A DNA stretch of 52,001 nucleotides from Aquificaceae bacterium. Its GTDB lineage: Bacteria; Aquificota; Aquificia; Aquificales; Aquificaceae. The translations under genes were made by a program, and so were the position numbers. The first letter of the stretch is position 1; the number at the start of each line of letters is the position of its first letter. Shown one piece after another: positions 1-10,374 of the stretch. The stretch is taken from assembly GCA_039630345.1 (NCBI GenBank), contig JBCNVD010000030.1, positions 1 to 52,001 on the forward strand, in the 5' to 3' direction. Under the pieces are notes generated by a model, which ran no database searches, was not told where the DNA came from, and saw only the letters and a program-made list of their open reading frames with translations.

Positions 1-83
1 CCTAGTTTTATAACGAAGATCTTTTTATGAAACTCTCTTATGTATGGAAGCGCAGACAGAAGGACATTCACTCTTTGGTTCAT
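1..83 (-). CDS. argB: Acetylglutamate kinase, 5' fragment (runs off window start)
   Basis: Not in the ORF track. Minus-strand ATG at 83 overlaps the valS stop (ATGA) and translates MNQRVNVLLSALPYIREFHKKIFVIKLG, matching the ArgB N-terminal pattern ALPYIxxFxxKxxVIKxGG. Confidence 0.85.
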   Translation of the reverse strand, partial: MNQRVNVLLSALPYIREFHKKIFVIKL

Positions 84-3031
84 CTTATGGATTTTATGAG
101 TCTTTGGAGGCGAAGAGCCTCGTTTTTTGAATCTTCCAGAATGTTTTTGGCTTTTTCCACCTCTTCTTCGGGGGCTTTGCTGAGAAATTCCTGATTTGAG
201 AGTTTTTGATTCAGACTTTCAATGGTTTTGGATAGCTCAAGGAGCCTCCTTTCATAACCTGAAATGAGCTCTTCGGGGCTTGAGTTTTCTGGAAGTGGTA
301 TAAAAAATTCCTGGTCTTTAAAATATCCTGCGCCCGACGAAGGAGGGCGCGCTTGAGATAACTCTATAGATTCTATTTTTGCAAGGGTTTTGATTTGAGC
401 TTCAAACTCGCCAAAGAGGTGGGATAGACTGTTTTTTAGATAGAAGAGATTAACCTTTGAAGAGGGTGGGATTTTAAGGTCTGCCCTGAGAGCTCTTATG
501 GAGCTAATAAGGCCTATGAGCTCTTCGATTTCTCTTTCTGCCTCGGGGAATATCCCGGATGGGTCTTTGTGATAGTAGCCTGCTTTTGTTATATCCTGAT
601 AAGAACTTGGCAGGTATTGCCATAGCTCTGAGGTTACAAAAGGAATAAACGGGTGCAAAAGCCTGAGGGTTTTTTCAAAAATCGATAGCAAAGATAGCTG
701 TGCTGATATGTTTTCGGGCGTTGGTTGATTGTCTTGAGTGAAGGATTTTAGCCTTACTTTCACAAGTTCTATATACCAGTCGCAAAAGTCAGACCATACA
801 AACTCGTATAAAGCCCTTGCTGCCTGAGAAAATTCGTAGTTTTCAAGAGATTTATTGACTATTTCTGCGGTTTTGTTGAGTTTTGAGCTAATCCAGAGGT
901 CTTCTTTGCCGGGTGCTGAGCTATAAATGGCTTTTGAAAGCAGGTCTTTATCAACATTCATCATAATAAACCTGCCTGCGTTCCAGAGTTTGTTGATAAA
1001 GTGCCTGTAACCTTCAAAGCTTTTTGTGGAGAGCTTCAGGTCTCTTCCTTGCTGGGTAAGAATGGCAAGGGTAAATCTAAGGGCGTCAGCTCCATAGTCT
1101 TTTATTACCTCAAGAGGGTCTATTACATTGCCCTTTGTCTTTGACATCTTTTGACCCTTTTCGTCTCTTATAAGGGCGTGGATGTAAACATCTCTAAAGG
1201 GCGCTTCGTTTGTAAAATAAGATCCCATCATTATCATTCTCGCAACCCAGAAGAAGATGATGTCAAAGCCGGTTACCAGCAGGTCTGTTGGGTAAAAGTC
1301 TTTTAAAGCTTTTGTATCTTCAGGCCAGCCAAAGACACTAAAGGGCCAAAGGGCAGAAGAAAACCATGTGTCAAGAACATCCTCTTCCTGAATTAGGTCT
1401 TCAGAGTTGCAGTGCTGGCATCTTAAGATAAATCTGTAGGTTTTGGTCTTTGGATTGTATCGGTAGCGGTTTTTCTTCTCTGTCAGGATTGCGGTTGGGT
1501 TTAGATCCTGGCTTATAAATAGCCTCAGGCTATTTGCGTCCATGTCAAGAGAGTGATATTTATAAAATGCAAACTTTTTGTAAAATTCCAGAACTGTTAG
1601 CTCAGGGGCTGTAAAAGATGGGCTTTTGAGGATTTTTTCTACCTCCTCTGGGGTAAAGTCCTGAGATATCTTTCCGTCTGCTATTAAATTAAATATTATT
1701 TTGTCATAAACTCTATCAAAATCTTCATCGTCAAAGACATTGATATGCCCGCAGGAGTTGCAATGCCAGACAGGAATTTTATGCCCCCACCATATTTGCC
1801 TTGATATGCACCAGTCTCTTAGGTTTTCCATCCACTGAAGGTATAGCTTGCTCCAGCCCTGTGGTATAAACTTTATCCTGCCGGAAGTTACCATCTGTAT
1901 GGCTTTTTCTTTGATTCTTGGGTCTGTTACCTTTAAAAACCACTGACTTGAGACCCTTGGCTCTATAACGGTTTTGCATCTATAACACCTTCCTATGGCG
2001 CTTTTGTGAGGCTCTATCTTTTCCAAAAGCCCGAGGGTTTTTAGCTCTGAGATTATTCTTTTCCTCGCTTCGTAGCGCTCAAGACCCTTGAAAGGTCCTG
2101 CGTTTTGATTCATCACGGCATGCTCGTCCATTACATTAACCTTTTCAAGACCGTGAGATAGGGCAATTTCAAAATCAAGAGCGTCGTGTGCGGGGGTTAT
2201 TTTTACTGCGCCCGTTCCAAACTCTGGTTTTATGCGCTCGTCGGCTATTAGCGGTATTTTGTAACTTACTGGCTTTCCGCTTTCAGATAGCCTTTCCCAG
2301 CTAACCAAGGGCAACTTAAGGGTCTTTCCCACTAGATTTTTATATCTCTCATCCTGAGGGTGCACCGCAACTGCAACATCACCAAGGAGCGTCTCTGGCC
2401 TAGTGGTTGCAACTACAATATATCCATCCTCTCCCTCCAGGTTATAGCGAATGTAATATAGCTCTGAGGGTTGCTCTTCGTGCTCTACCTCAAGGTCTGA
2501 GAGCGCAGTCAGGTCATTTGGGCACCAGCTAATCATGTAGTTGCTTCTGTATATAAGACCTTCTTTATATAGAATCTTAAAAGCGCGCCTTACGGCGCGG
2601 GATAACCCCTCGTCCATAGTAAAGCGCTCCATATCCCATTTAACAACTGCCCCAAGACTCAAAAGCTGAGACTTTATGCTCTCTCTGGATACAGGCACCC
2701 ACTCCCAGACAGCTTTTAAAAACTCCCCCTTTCCTATCTCAAGCCTATTTTTGCCCTCGCTCTGGAGCTTTTTCTCCACAACATACTGGGTTGCTATTCC
2801 CGCATGGTCAAATCCGGGCACCCACATTACATCTTTGCCGTTCATAAGTTGCCAGCGACAGATGATGTCCTGCAAGGTGATATTTAGAGCATGACCCATA
2901 TGCAAAGAGCCGGTGACATTTGGTGGCGGTATAACTACCGAAAATCTGCCGTTTTTGTTTTCAGATTTTGGCATGTGTTTTTGCCACTTTTGCTCAAGCT
3001 CTATGTGGTCGTATTTGCCTATGTCTATCAT
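80..3031 (-). CDS. valS: Valyl-tRNA synthetase with ~110-aa insertion between two CxxC motifs
   Basis: PPPNVTGSLHMGH (HIGH), KMSKT (KMSKS), DVLDTWFSS, GTGAVKITPAHD editing motif, C-terminal coiled coil. Confidence 0.98.
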   Translation of the reverse strand: MIDIGKYDHIELEQKWQKHMPKSENKNGRFSVVIPPPNVTGSLHMGHALNITLQDIICRWQLMNGKDVMWVPGFDHAGIATQYVVEKKLQSEGKNRLEIGKGEFLKAVWEWVPVSRESIKSQLLSLGAVVKWDMERFTMDEGLSRAVRRAFKILYKEGLIYRSNYMISWCPNDLTALSDLEVEHEEQPSELYYIRYNLEGEDGYIVVATTRPETLLGDVAVAVHPQDERYKNLVGKTLKLPLVSWERLSESGKPVSYKIPLIADERIKPEFGTGAVKITPAHDALDFEIALSHGLEKVNVMDEHAVMNQNAGPFKGLERYEARKRIISELKTLGLLEKIEPHKSAIGRCYRCKTVIEPRVSSQWFLKVTDPRIKEKAIQMVTSGRIKFIPQGWSKLYLQWMENLRDWCISRQIWWGHKIPVWHCNSCGHINVFDDEDFDRVYDKIIFNLIADGKISQDFTPEEVEKILKSPSFTAPELTVLEFYKKFAFYKYHSLDMDANSLRLFISQDLNPTAILTEKKNRYRYNPKTKTYRFILRCQHCNSEDLIQEEDVLDTWFSSALWPFSVFGWPEDTKALKDFYPTDLLVTGFDIIFFWVARMIMMGSYFTNEAPFRDVYIHALIRDEKGQKMSKTKGNVIDPLEVIKDYGADALRFTLAILTQQGRDLKLSTKSFEGYRHFINKLWNAGRFIMMNVDKDLLSKAIYSSAPGKEDLWISSKLNKTAEIVNKSLENYEFSQAARALYEFVWSDFCDWYIELVKVRLKSFTQDNQPTPENISAQLSLLSIFEKTLRLLHPFIPFVTSELWQYLPSSYQDITKAGYYHKDPSGIFPEAEREIEELIGLISSIRALRADLKIPPSSKVNLFYLKNSLSHLFGEFEAQIKTLAKIESIELSQARPPSSGAGYFKDQEFFIPLPENSSPEELISGYERRLLELSKTIESLNQKLSNQEFLSKAPEEEVEKAKNILEDSKNEALRLQRLIKSIR

Positions 3032-3084
3032 TTTTTATAAGATAACAGAAAGAACCGGCTATTTTGGTCTATCATTCTTAAATA

Positions 3085-5301
3085 GTGAGAGAAAAGGACC
3101 TAGAAAAGCTTGGGTTTTTTCAGATACTGGAGAGACTAAAATCAGGGGCTAATTGCCCTGCAACCAAGGAACTGATTGATTTAATAAGACCTATTCAGGA
3201 TCTGGAAGCCCTTGAAAGGGAGAGAAAACTTCTCACAGAAGCCCTCGAGCGCCTTGATATGTCGCTTCACCCCTTTGAAGACATAAGGGACATCATAAAG
3301 CGCTCTCAGATTAAAGACCACGCCCTTAGCGTGGAAGAGATTTTAAAGCTACTTCAGGTCATTCGTCTTATGAAAGATGTCAGAAGGAAAGCTTTTGAGT
3401 CTTTAAAGGAAGATTCTGAACTGAACCAGGTTTTTAGGTCTATATTGACCTTTCAAAACCTTGAAAACCAGATAGAGGCCTCCATTGACCCAAGAGGGTT
3501 TGTAAAAGACTCTGCAAGCGAAGAGCTAAGGCGAGTTCGCCAAAGCATCAGAGCGGTTGAAAAAGAAGTGCTAAAAAGAATAGACCAGATTCTATCAAGA
3601 CCTGATGCGGAAAAGGTATTTTCCGATAGGTTTGTTGCCTTCAGAAGCGGAAGATATGTCCTGCCTGTTAAAACCTCAGAGCTTAAAAAAGTCATAGGGG
3701 TAGTTCACGGCACTTCCTCTTCTGGCTTTACAACCTTCGTAGAGCCGCAGTCTGTTATAGAGCTAAATAACGAAATAGTCTCGCTTCGCGAACAGGAAGA
3801 GGAGCAAATAAAGAAAGTCCTGAGGGGCATAACCGCCTCAATAGGCGAAAACTCAAAAAAAATCGAAGAATCTTTCAGGGCGCTTGTAAAACTTGACTAC
3901 TTAATAGCTGTAAAGAGCTTTAGCAAAGACCTTGATGCAAAGATTGCAAACTTCGGAAGCTTCATAGAGCTCATTTCTGTGCGCCACCCGCTTTTGCCAA
4001 AAGACACTGCGGTTCCTATAGATATTATCTTGAAAGACAAAAAAGGTCTTATTATCACAGGTCCAAATACTGGCGGAAAAACTGTCAGCTTAAAAACTCT
4101 CGGACTATGCTCTGTTATGAACCAGTGCGCCTTACCAATACCTGCAAAGAGCGCGACATTGCCCTTTTTTAAAGGCATTTATGTGGATATAGGCGACGAG
4201 CAAAGCATAGAACAGAGTCTCTCTACTTTCTCCGCTCACATAAAAAACATCTGTGAGTTTCTGCCGGAGGCTGATTCTGATACGCTGGTTCTTATAGACG
4301 AGCTTGGTTCTGGGACAGACCCTTTTGAAGGCTCTGCGCTTGGGATTGCACTTCTTGAATACTTTAAATCCCGTAACGCCTTTTGCGTCATAACCACTCA
4401 CCAAAGCCCCATAAAGCTCTTTGCCCTTGGCTCAAACTACTATATGCCCGCTAGCACTCTCTTTGACCTTGAGACTTTAAAGCCTCTTTATCAATTAGCT
4501 TACGGCATAGTTGGCGAAAGCATGGCTCTAAAGGTTGCGGAAAACTTAGGTCTTCCAAAGGATATACTTTTGATTGCAAACAGGTACCTCCCGGAAGGCT
4601 TTGTAGATTACCATAAAGCCCGCGAAGAGCTCCAGAAAACTCTGGAAGAGATGAAAGCAGAGCTTGAAGAAAAAATAGCCACCCAGCAAAGACTCAATCA
4701 GGAGCTGGAAAAAACCATAGAGGAACTGAAAGAGCAAAAAAGACGCGAAATTCAGGAAGCGATCTCTGACCTTAGCAGACGCTTTGAAGAATTTATCTCA
4801 AAAGCAGAGTCAAAAAAGGTGCAAGATATAACCAGGTTAAAACAGGAGTTTTACTCTCAGGTTATCCCGCCTCCTGAAAATATCAAGGTTGGGGATATTG
4901 TTGAATTTAGAGGCGCTAAAGGCAAGGTTATAGAAATCCAGGGACAGCGCGCTTTCATAACCCTTGGTAACACAAGGGCATGGGTTCCGATATATGAGAT
5001 AAAAAAAACTGACATAAAACCCGCGCTTACGCGCGAGGATGTAAATGTTTATAGAAATCTGCCCCAGGAGCTAAGTCTGATTGGCTTAAGCGTCCAGGAG
5101 GCTCTGGTTAAATTAGAGCTCTACATTCAGGAAGCTAACTCTTTGGGGATAAAATCCTTTAAGATAATACACGGGCATAGCGGTCTTAAAAGAGCAATTC
5201 AGGAATTTTTATCAAACTGTGAGCTTGTTCTTTTCCACAGAGAGGGATACCCTCACGAGGGAGGCCCTGGAACTTCAGTGGTTTATCTAAAGAGAGATTA
5301 A
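3085..5301 (+). CDS. mutS2: Endonuclease MutS2
   Basis: ITGPNTGGKT Walker A, DIGDEQSIEQSLSTFS, LIDELGSGTDP, C-terminal Smr domain (IIHG). Confidence 0.96.
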   Translation: MREKDLEKLGFFQILERLKSGANCPATKELIDLIRPIQDLEALERERKLLTEALERLDMSLHPFEDIRDIIKRSQIKDHALSVEEILKLLQVIRLMKDVRRKAFESLKEDSELNQVFRSILTFQNLENQIEASIDPRGFVKDSASEELRRVRQSIRAVEKEVLKRIDQILSRPDAEKVFSDRFVAFRSGRYVLPVKTSELKKVIGVVHGTSSSGFTTFVEPQSVIELNNEIVSLREQEEEQIKKVLRGITASIGENSKKIEESFRALVKLDYLIAVKSFSKDLDAKIANFGSFIELISVRHPLLPKDTAVPIDIILKDKKGLIITGPNTGGKTVSLKTLGLCSVMNQCALPIPAKSATLPFFKGIYVDIGDEQSIEQSLSTFSAHIKNICEFLPEADSDTLVLIDELGSGTDPFEGSALGIALLEYFKSRNAFCVITTHQSPIKLFALGSNYYMPASTLFDLETLKPLYQLAYGIVGESMALKVAENLGLPKDILLIANRYLPEGFVDYHKAREELQKTLEEMKAELEEKIATQQRLNQELEKTIEELKEQKRREIQEAISDLSRRFEEFISKAESKKVQDITRLKQEFYSQVIPPPENIKVGDIVEFRGAKGKVIEIQGQRAFITLGNTRAWVPIYEIKKTDIKPALTREDVNVYRNLPQELSLIGLSVQEALVKLELYIQEANSLGIKSFKIIHGHSGLKRAIQEFLSNCELVLFHREGYPHEGGPGTSVVYLKRD

Positions 5302-5315
5302 AATTCTAAATTCAG

Positions 5316-5912
5316 GTGCAGATATTTTTTGGTGGAAGTTTTGACCCGGTACATTTAGGTCATTTGATAATAGCGCGCGACGCTCTTGAGATACTTGGGT
5401 TTGAAAAAGTTATTTTCATCCCGGCTTTTCAGGTGCCTCTAAAACATCCTCACTTTGCAAGCCCTGAACATAGACTCAATATGCTCCTTTTAGCAACTTC
5501 CAGTGAGCCTAAGTTCCTGGTAGACCCTGTTGAAATCCAGAGAGCAGGCATTTCTTATACGATAGATACCGTTTTAGAACTAAGTAAAAAACTGAGCGAA
5601 AGACCCTGGCTACTTATGGGTGAAGATAGCTTCAAAAGCATACACCTGTGGAAAGATAGCGAAAAGATTTTAAACCTTGCTCGCATAGTGATAGCACGCA
5701 GGCATAAAAACTCCCAGGCCATAAACGACTATGTAAAAGAGCATTTCCCCTGGCTCTTAATAGGAAAAGACATTTTGCTAATTGAAAGTCGCATACTGGA
5801 GATATCCTCCACAGAGATAAGAAACCGCCTCAAAGAGGGAAAGAGTATAAACTGGCTAGTCCCTGATTGTGTTTTTGAATATATAAAGAAGAACCACCTC
5901 TATACGCTTTAA
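5316..5912 (+). CDS. nadD: Nicotinate-nucleotide adenylyltransferase
   Basis: FGGSFDPVHLGH, SYTIDT, ISSTEIR motifs. Confidence 0.96.
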   Translation: MQIFFGGSFDPVHLGHLIIARDALEILGFEKVIFIPAFQVPLKHPHFASPEHRLNMLLLATSSEPKFLVDPVEIQRAGISYTIDTVLELSKKLSERPWLLMGEDSFKSIHLWKDSEKILNLARIVIARRHKNSQAINDYVKEHFPWLLIGKDILLIESRILEISSTEIRNRLKEGKSINWLVPDCVFEYIKKNHLYTL

Positions 5913-6361
5913 TTACAGGACCTGCACTCAACACCTTCTCGCTCTATGTACTCTTTTAGCTTCTCAATTGCTTCCTGACCTGTGATGAGGTGTTTTAGAT
6001 CTCTCTCAAGATTTGAAGGCTTTAGCTTTGCAATCCAGCCTCTGCCATAAGGGTCTTCGTTTATAAGCTCCGGGGTGTCAAATAGCTCTTCGTTTCTCTC
6101 TATTATTTCGCCCTCTATAACCGCAGGCACGGGCCCTGTCCATTTACCACTCTCAAGACTTGCGATTGGTTTGCCTTTAGGCACATGCTTGCCGGGGGGT
6201 TTTATCCTTACATTTACCATCTTTCCTGCTCGTGTTTGGCCTATGTCTGTAGCACCGACAGTTACAGAGCCGTCATCTTCAACCCTGTACCACGCCTGAT
6301 TTTCTATGTCATAGTAGAGGTCTGATAAAATCTTACAGCCTTTGATGCTAATTTCGCCCAT
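5909..6361 (-). CDS. gcvH: GcvH-like lipoyl-carrier protein, LbpA type
   Basis: Lipoyl-lysine motif LESGKW and INEDPYGRGW. N-terminal GC and C-terminal Cys (ECRSC) resemble LbpA proteins of sHdr sulfur oxidation more than true GcvH. Confidence 0.88.
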   Translation of the reverse strand: MGEISIKGCKILSDLYYDIENQAWYRVEDDGSVTVGATDIGQTRAGKMVNVRIKPPGKHVPKGKPIASLESGKWTGPVPAVIEGEIIERNEELFDTPELINEDPYGRGWIAKLKPSNLERDLKHLITGQEAIEKLKEYIEREGVECRSCN

Positions 6362-7730
6362 TTTTCTGCCTCCAAAATGTAGCTACAAAAGCATAAGCAA
6401 TAGTGCTTGAACCAAGACCGATTAGGAGCGCAAACTCACTCTTTAGTGCATACTCAAAAAAGACCCACAGGCTAAAGCCTGCCACAATAGAGCCAAGAGC
6501 TGCGTTTGAATTTCTGCTCTTTAGATAAAGACCTGCAACCAATGGCACAAATAGCGAGACCAGACTAAGGGCAGAAGAGCTGGCAACTAGGTTATATATT
6601 GAATCACCCAGGAAGGCAAAACCAAGCGAGATAAGAGAAACTATCACTACACAAAAGCGTGTCAGCCACAGAAACTGTCTGTCAGAGATTTCAGGGAGCA
6701 ATGGTCTTAAGATGTTTTCGCTCAAAACCGAAGCGGGTGCAAGAGTCGCAGAACTTGCGGTGCTCATAATTGCAGATATTAAAGCCCCAAAAAACAAAAC
6801 CTTAACAAAGACGCTTGAGTGCTCCATAATCAGCTTCGGGATTAACATCTCAGGGTCAGACTCGAGCAATTCTGGATAGAGTTCTTTTGCATAAATTGCA
6901 AGAATCAGGGGTATAAGCCCGATTGTTAGATACATAATCCCACCTAAAGAGGCTGAAAGAGAAGCTATTCGCTCGTTGCGTGATGACATCACCCTCTGAA
7001 ATACGTCCTGCTGAGGGATTGAGCCAAGCCCTATCGTAATCCATGCAGAGATATAGAGTAAAAACTCTTTCAAACTGGGTTCTGGGAAAAATCTATAATA
7101 TTCAGGTGGTTGAGAAGCTAGTGTTTGCTGAATTGTAGAAAAACCGGATGAAACCTCGTAAAGAGCCACTATAAGTCCAATTATTATCACTATGGTTTGA
7201 AAAAAGTCCGTTATTGATATTGCCCACATTCCCCCCATGAATGTGTAAATAAGCACCACACCGAATCCTATCGTGATGGCAAGTGGCTGAGATATACCTA
7301 AAACGATTTGCAGGATTATGCCTATGGCAAGCATTTGAGCACCAATCCATCCAAAATAAGAAAAAACCATCATCAAACTTGCAACGATTTCAACCTTTCT
7401 GCCAAAAACTGACCTGTAGAAATCCCCCATTGTCAGAAGGTTTAGTCTATAAAGCGGTTTTGCAAAAAAAATCCCAACAAGCAAAAGACATAGCGCTGCC
7501 CCAAAAGGGTCTTCTATAACCCCATATAGACCATCCTTCGCCATAGCAGAAGACGCGCCAAGGATGGTTTCTGAACCAAACCAGGTTGCAAAACTTACAA
7601 ATGTAGCCATATATAAAGGCAGGTTTCTGCCCGCAAGCAGGTAATCTCTGGAGTTTTTTATAAGCAAAGACGCAAATAGTCCCACACCTAGCGTTAAAAT
7701 CAGGTAAAGCCCTATTAAGGATGCAAGCAT
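6348..7730 (-). CDS. Sodium:solute symporter (SSS/SLC5, choline-transporter-like)
   Basis: DYLLAGRNLP, YTFMGGMWAISITDFFQ, LGSIPQQDVFQRVMS; many TM segments. Start revised to ATG 7730 (TAATG overlap with the MFS stop). Confidence 0.92.
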   Translation of the reverse strand: MLASLIGLYLILTLGVGLFASLLIKNSRDYLLAGRNLPLYMATFVSFATWFGSETILGASSAMAKDGLYGVIEDPFGAALCLLLVGIFFAKPLYRLNLLTMGDFYRSVFGRKVEIVASLMMVFSYFGWIGAQMLAIGIILQIVLGISQPLAITIGFGVVLIYTFMGGMWAISITDFFQTIVIIIGLIVALYEVSSGFSTIQQTLASQPPEYYRFFPEPSLKEFLLYISAWITIGLGSIPQQDVFQRVMSSRNERIASLSASLGGIMYLTIGLIPLILAIYAKELYPELLESDPEMLIPKLIMEHSSVFVKVLFFGALISAIMSTASSATLAPASVLSENILRPLLPEISDRQFLWLTRFCVVIVSLISLGFAFLGDSIYNLVASSSALSLVSLFVPLVAGLYLKSRNSNAALGSIVAGFSLWVFFEYALKSEFALLIGLGSSTIAYAFVATFWRQKNGRN

Positions 7731-9070
7731 TATTGCATCTCCTCTAGGGAGAGGCCTTTTGTTTCTCTGCCTTTTATAGCCCAAATCACAAATGCAACAA
7801 ATCCAGTTAACCAAAATGCAGAAAGGGTAAAAATACCAAACCTGTAATCAGAGCTTGAAACCTGAACCATAAAAACAGGCGCAAAGGCGCCAGAGATTCT
7901 CCCAATTACAGACAAAAGCCCTATAGCATAGGCTCTTAAGAACGAAGGATATATCTCTGTTGCAACAACATAACCAACAGATGCGAAAGAAAATGCCACA
8001 AGGGCATAGATGAAAAACCAGAGCTCTAACTTAAAGCCCAGAATAAATCCAAGACTCAAAATGGCTGAAAGCGCGCTTATTATCAGTCCAAGTGGAATTC
8101 GCCCAACTTTATCAACCAAAGAAGCTACTATCAGCCCCCCTATCAATCCCCCAACGCTTCCAAAGAGCAAAACCTTCGGGATTTCAAAAGAGCTAAGACC
8201 GTAAACTTCAGATAAAATAACTGGCAAGAGCGTAATCATTCCGTAGTAAGTAGTTAAGATAGTAAAGCTCATTGCTGCACTGAATAGAAACCTCCAGCGA
8301 TACTTCACCAGAATAATCCTTGTTGCATCTAGAGCATTTCCCTCAAAGATTACTACATTTCTTGGCTTTGCTTCTGGCTTTAAATCAAGACCTTTTTCTA
8401 TAGACTCTAGTATTTTATTGGCTTTATCTAACTTTCCTCTTGAGATTAGCCATCTTGGGGATTCAGGGACATAAAGTCTTATGTAGATTATCAAAATAGC
8501 AAGCACTCCACCAAATAAGTAAGCCACTCTCCAGGCTGTATCCTCTTGAAGAGTTTTAAGGAGCAAAAACGCGCTCATTGATGCAAGAGTGCTCCCAAGG
8601 TTCCAAAGAGCTGTGATGGTTCCATCTACCTTGCCTCTGTGGCGCGCCGGGATAAACTCGTCAATGGCGGACTGGATTGCCGCAAATTCTCCCCCCAGCC
8701 CTGCACCGGAGAGAAACCTGAATAAAAATGCGCTTTCAAAATTCCACGATAGCCCCGTTAAAAAAGTCCCCCCGGAATATAAAAGCAATGTTATTATAAA
8801 GACGCTCTTTCTGCCAAATCTATCTGCAAGGTATCCAAAGATTAAAGACCCTGCTATGGCGCCAAAGAGAAATGCGCTGGTCATAAGTGAGCTCTGAGTT
8901 GGTGTAAGAGACAGAGACTTTGCCATAGGCTTTAAAACAGCACTGACAATGACTACCTCAAAAGCGTCCAAAACCCAGGTGATACCAAGAGCAAGAACAA
9001 ATTTTGTATGAAAAGACCTCCAGGGCAGGCTATCAAGTCTTTCTGTAAGGTCTGTTTGAATCTCCCTCAC
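7730..9070 (-). CDS. MFS transporter (sugar porter / aromatic-acid-like)
   Basis: GYLADRFGRK motif A, DEFIPARHRG, PESPRWL, TEIYPSFLR, ETKG. Confidence 0.93.
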   Translation of the reverse strand: MREIQTDLTERLDSLPWRSFHTKFVLALGITWVLDAFEVVIVSAVLKPMAKSLSLTPTQSSLMTSAFLFGAIAGSLIFGYLADRFGRKSVFIITLLLYSGGTFLTGLSWNFESAFLFRFLSGAGLGGEFAAIQSAIDEFIPARHRGKVDGTITALWNLGSTLASMSAFLLLKTLQEDTAWRVAYLFGGVLAILIIYIRLYVPESPRWLISRGKLDKANKILESIEKGLDLKPEAKPRNVVIFEGNALDATRIILVKYRWRFLFSAAMSFTILTTYYGMITLLPVILSEVYGLSSFEIPKVLLFGSVGGLIGGLIVASLVDKVGRIPLGLIISALSAILSLGFILGFKLELWFFIYALVAFSFASVGYVVATEIYPSFLRAYAIGLLSVIGRISGAFAPVFMVQVSSSDYRFGIFTLSAFWLTGFVAFVIWAIKGRETKGLSLEEMQ

Positions 9071-9087
9071 TCTGTATAATTTTAAAT

Positions 9088-10374
9088 GTGTTTGAGAGTT
9101 TTAGAGATAGCATTGATGTTAGTAATTTAAAGGTTGCACTGATAAACCTTGGCTGTGCTAAAAATCTGGTTGATGGAGAGACTGTTATTTCAACCCTGAT
9201 TGATGCAGGTATTTCAGTCTGTGAAAGCCCTGAGGATGCTGATATTGTTATAGTTAATACCTGCGGTTTTATACAGAGTGCAGCGCTTGAGTCTATAAAT
9301 GTGCTTCTTGAGCTTTCAAAGAGTAAAAAAGTCATAGCAATTGGCTGTTTGGTAGAGCGCTACAAACAGGAGCTTGTAAAATCAATGCCAGAAGTTGATA
9401 TATTTTTCGGCACAGATAGCGCAAAAGGACTTTTAAAACTCTTCCAAAAGCCCCAGATACAGATAAGGAGAAATCTCCACACCACCGGGGTTTATGCCTA
9501 TTTAAAAATCTCCGAAGGCTGCAACAGGCTTTGCTCTTTCTGTGCAATTCCTAAAATAAGGGGCAAGCACCGCTCCAGACCTATTGAGGAACTCATAAAA
9601 GAAACTCAAATGCTCCTATCAAGAGGGGCAAAAGAGATATGTATAGTATCTCAGGACACAGGATATTACGGAAGAGACCTTCACGATGGGACCAATCTAT
9701 CGACGCTTCTTTCTGAGCTTGAAAAACTCAAACAAAAATTCTGGATAAGGCTTTTTTATCTCTATCCAACCGATGTGAATGAGGAACTAATTAGCACAAT
9801 AACAGACTCTGAAAAGATATTACCTTATTTTGATATACCTTTGCAACACATCAGCGACAATGTCCTTAAATCAATGAGAAGAGGATACTCAAAAAAAGAG
9901 ATTTACAACCTCCTTGAGCTAATTTACAAAAAAATCCCGCATGCGGTCATTAGAAGCACCTTTATAGTCGGATACCCGACAGAGACAGAAAAGGACTTTC
10001 AGGAGCTTCTTGATTTTATAAAAGAAGGACATATAACCTGGCTTGGGGCATTTGGATACTCTCCTGAGGAGGGCACTTACGCCTATGGGCTTGGTGAGAG
10101 TGTTAAAAAGAGAGAAAAAAACGCGCGCCTTCGCGCGCTTTACTCGATTCAAAAAAACATCACCCAGAGGAAAAACAGAGCCCTGGTGGGTTCAGAGATA
10201 GAGGTTCTGATAGAGGGCTTTGAAGGTCCTGTTTTATATGCGCGCTCTTATCTTAATGCCCCTGAAGTGGATGGGACAATCTATATACAATCTCAAAAAG
10301 ACCTAAAGCCCGGGGAGTTTGTCAAAGTAAGGTTAAGAAGGGCCAAAGAATACGACCTACTGGCTGATTTTTAA
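9088..10374 (+). CDS. rimO: Ribosomal protein S12 methylthiotransferase
   Basis: LGCAKNLVDGE, NTCGFI, CNRLCSFC radical SAM motif, APEVDG TRAM domain. Confidence 0.95.
   Translation: MFESFRDSIDVSNLKVALINLGCAKNLVDGETVISTLIDAGISVCESPEDADIVIVNTCGFIQSAALESINVLLELSKSKKVIAIGCLVERYKQELVKSMPEVDIFFGTDSAKGLLKLFQKPQIQIRRNLHTTGVYAYLKISEGCNRLCSFCAIPKIRGKHRSRPIEELIKETQMLLSRGAKEICIVSQDTGYYGRDLHDGTNLSTLLSELEKLKQKFWIRLFYLYPTDVNEELISTITDSEKILPYFDIPLQHISDNVLKSMRRGYSKKEIYNLLELIYKKIPHAVIRSTFIVGYPTETEKDFQELLDFIKEGHITWLGAFGYSPEEGTYAYGLGESVKKREKNARLRALYSIQKNITQRKNRALVGSEIEVLIEGFEGPVLYARSYLNAPEVDGTIYIQSQKDLKPGEFVKVRLRRAKEYDLLADF

Noticed and set aside
1421..1750. ValRS insertion as an intein
   Set aside because: No N-terminal Cys/Ser plus C-terminal His-Asn junction and no homing-endonuclease motifs.
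7731..7814. Cys-containing N-terminal extension of the SSS ORF
   Set aside because: It overlaps the MFS gene; the ATG at 7730 coupled to the MFS stop is the more plausible start.
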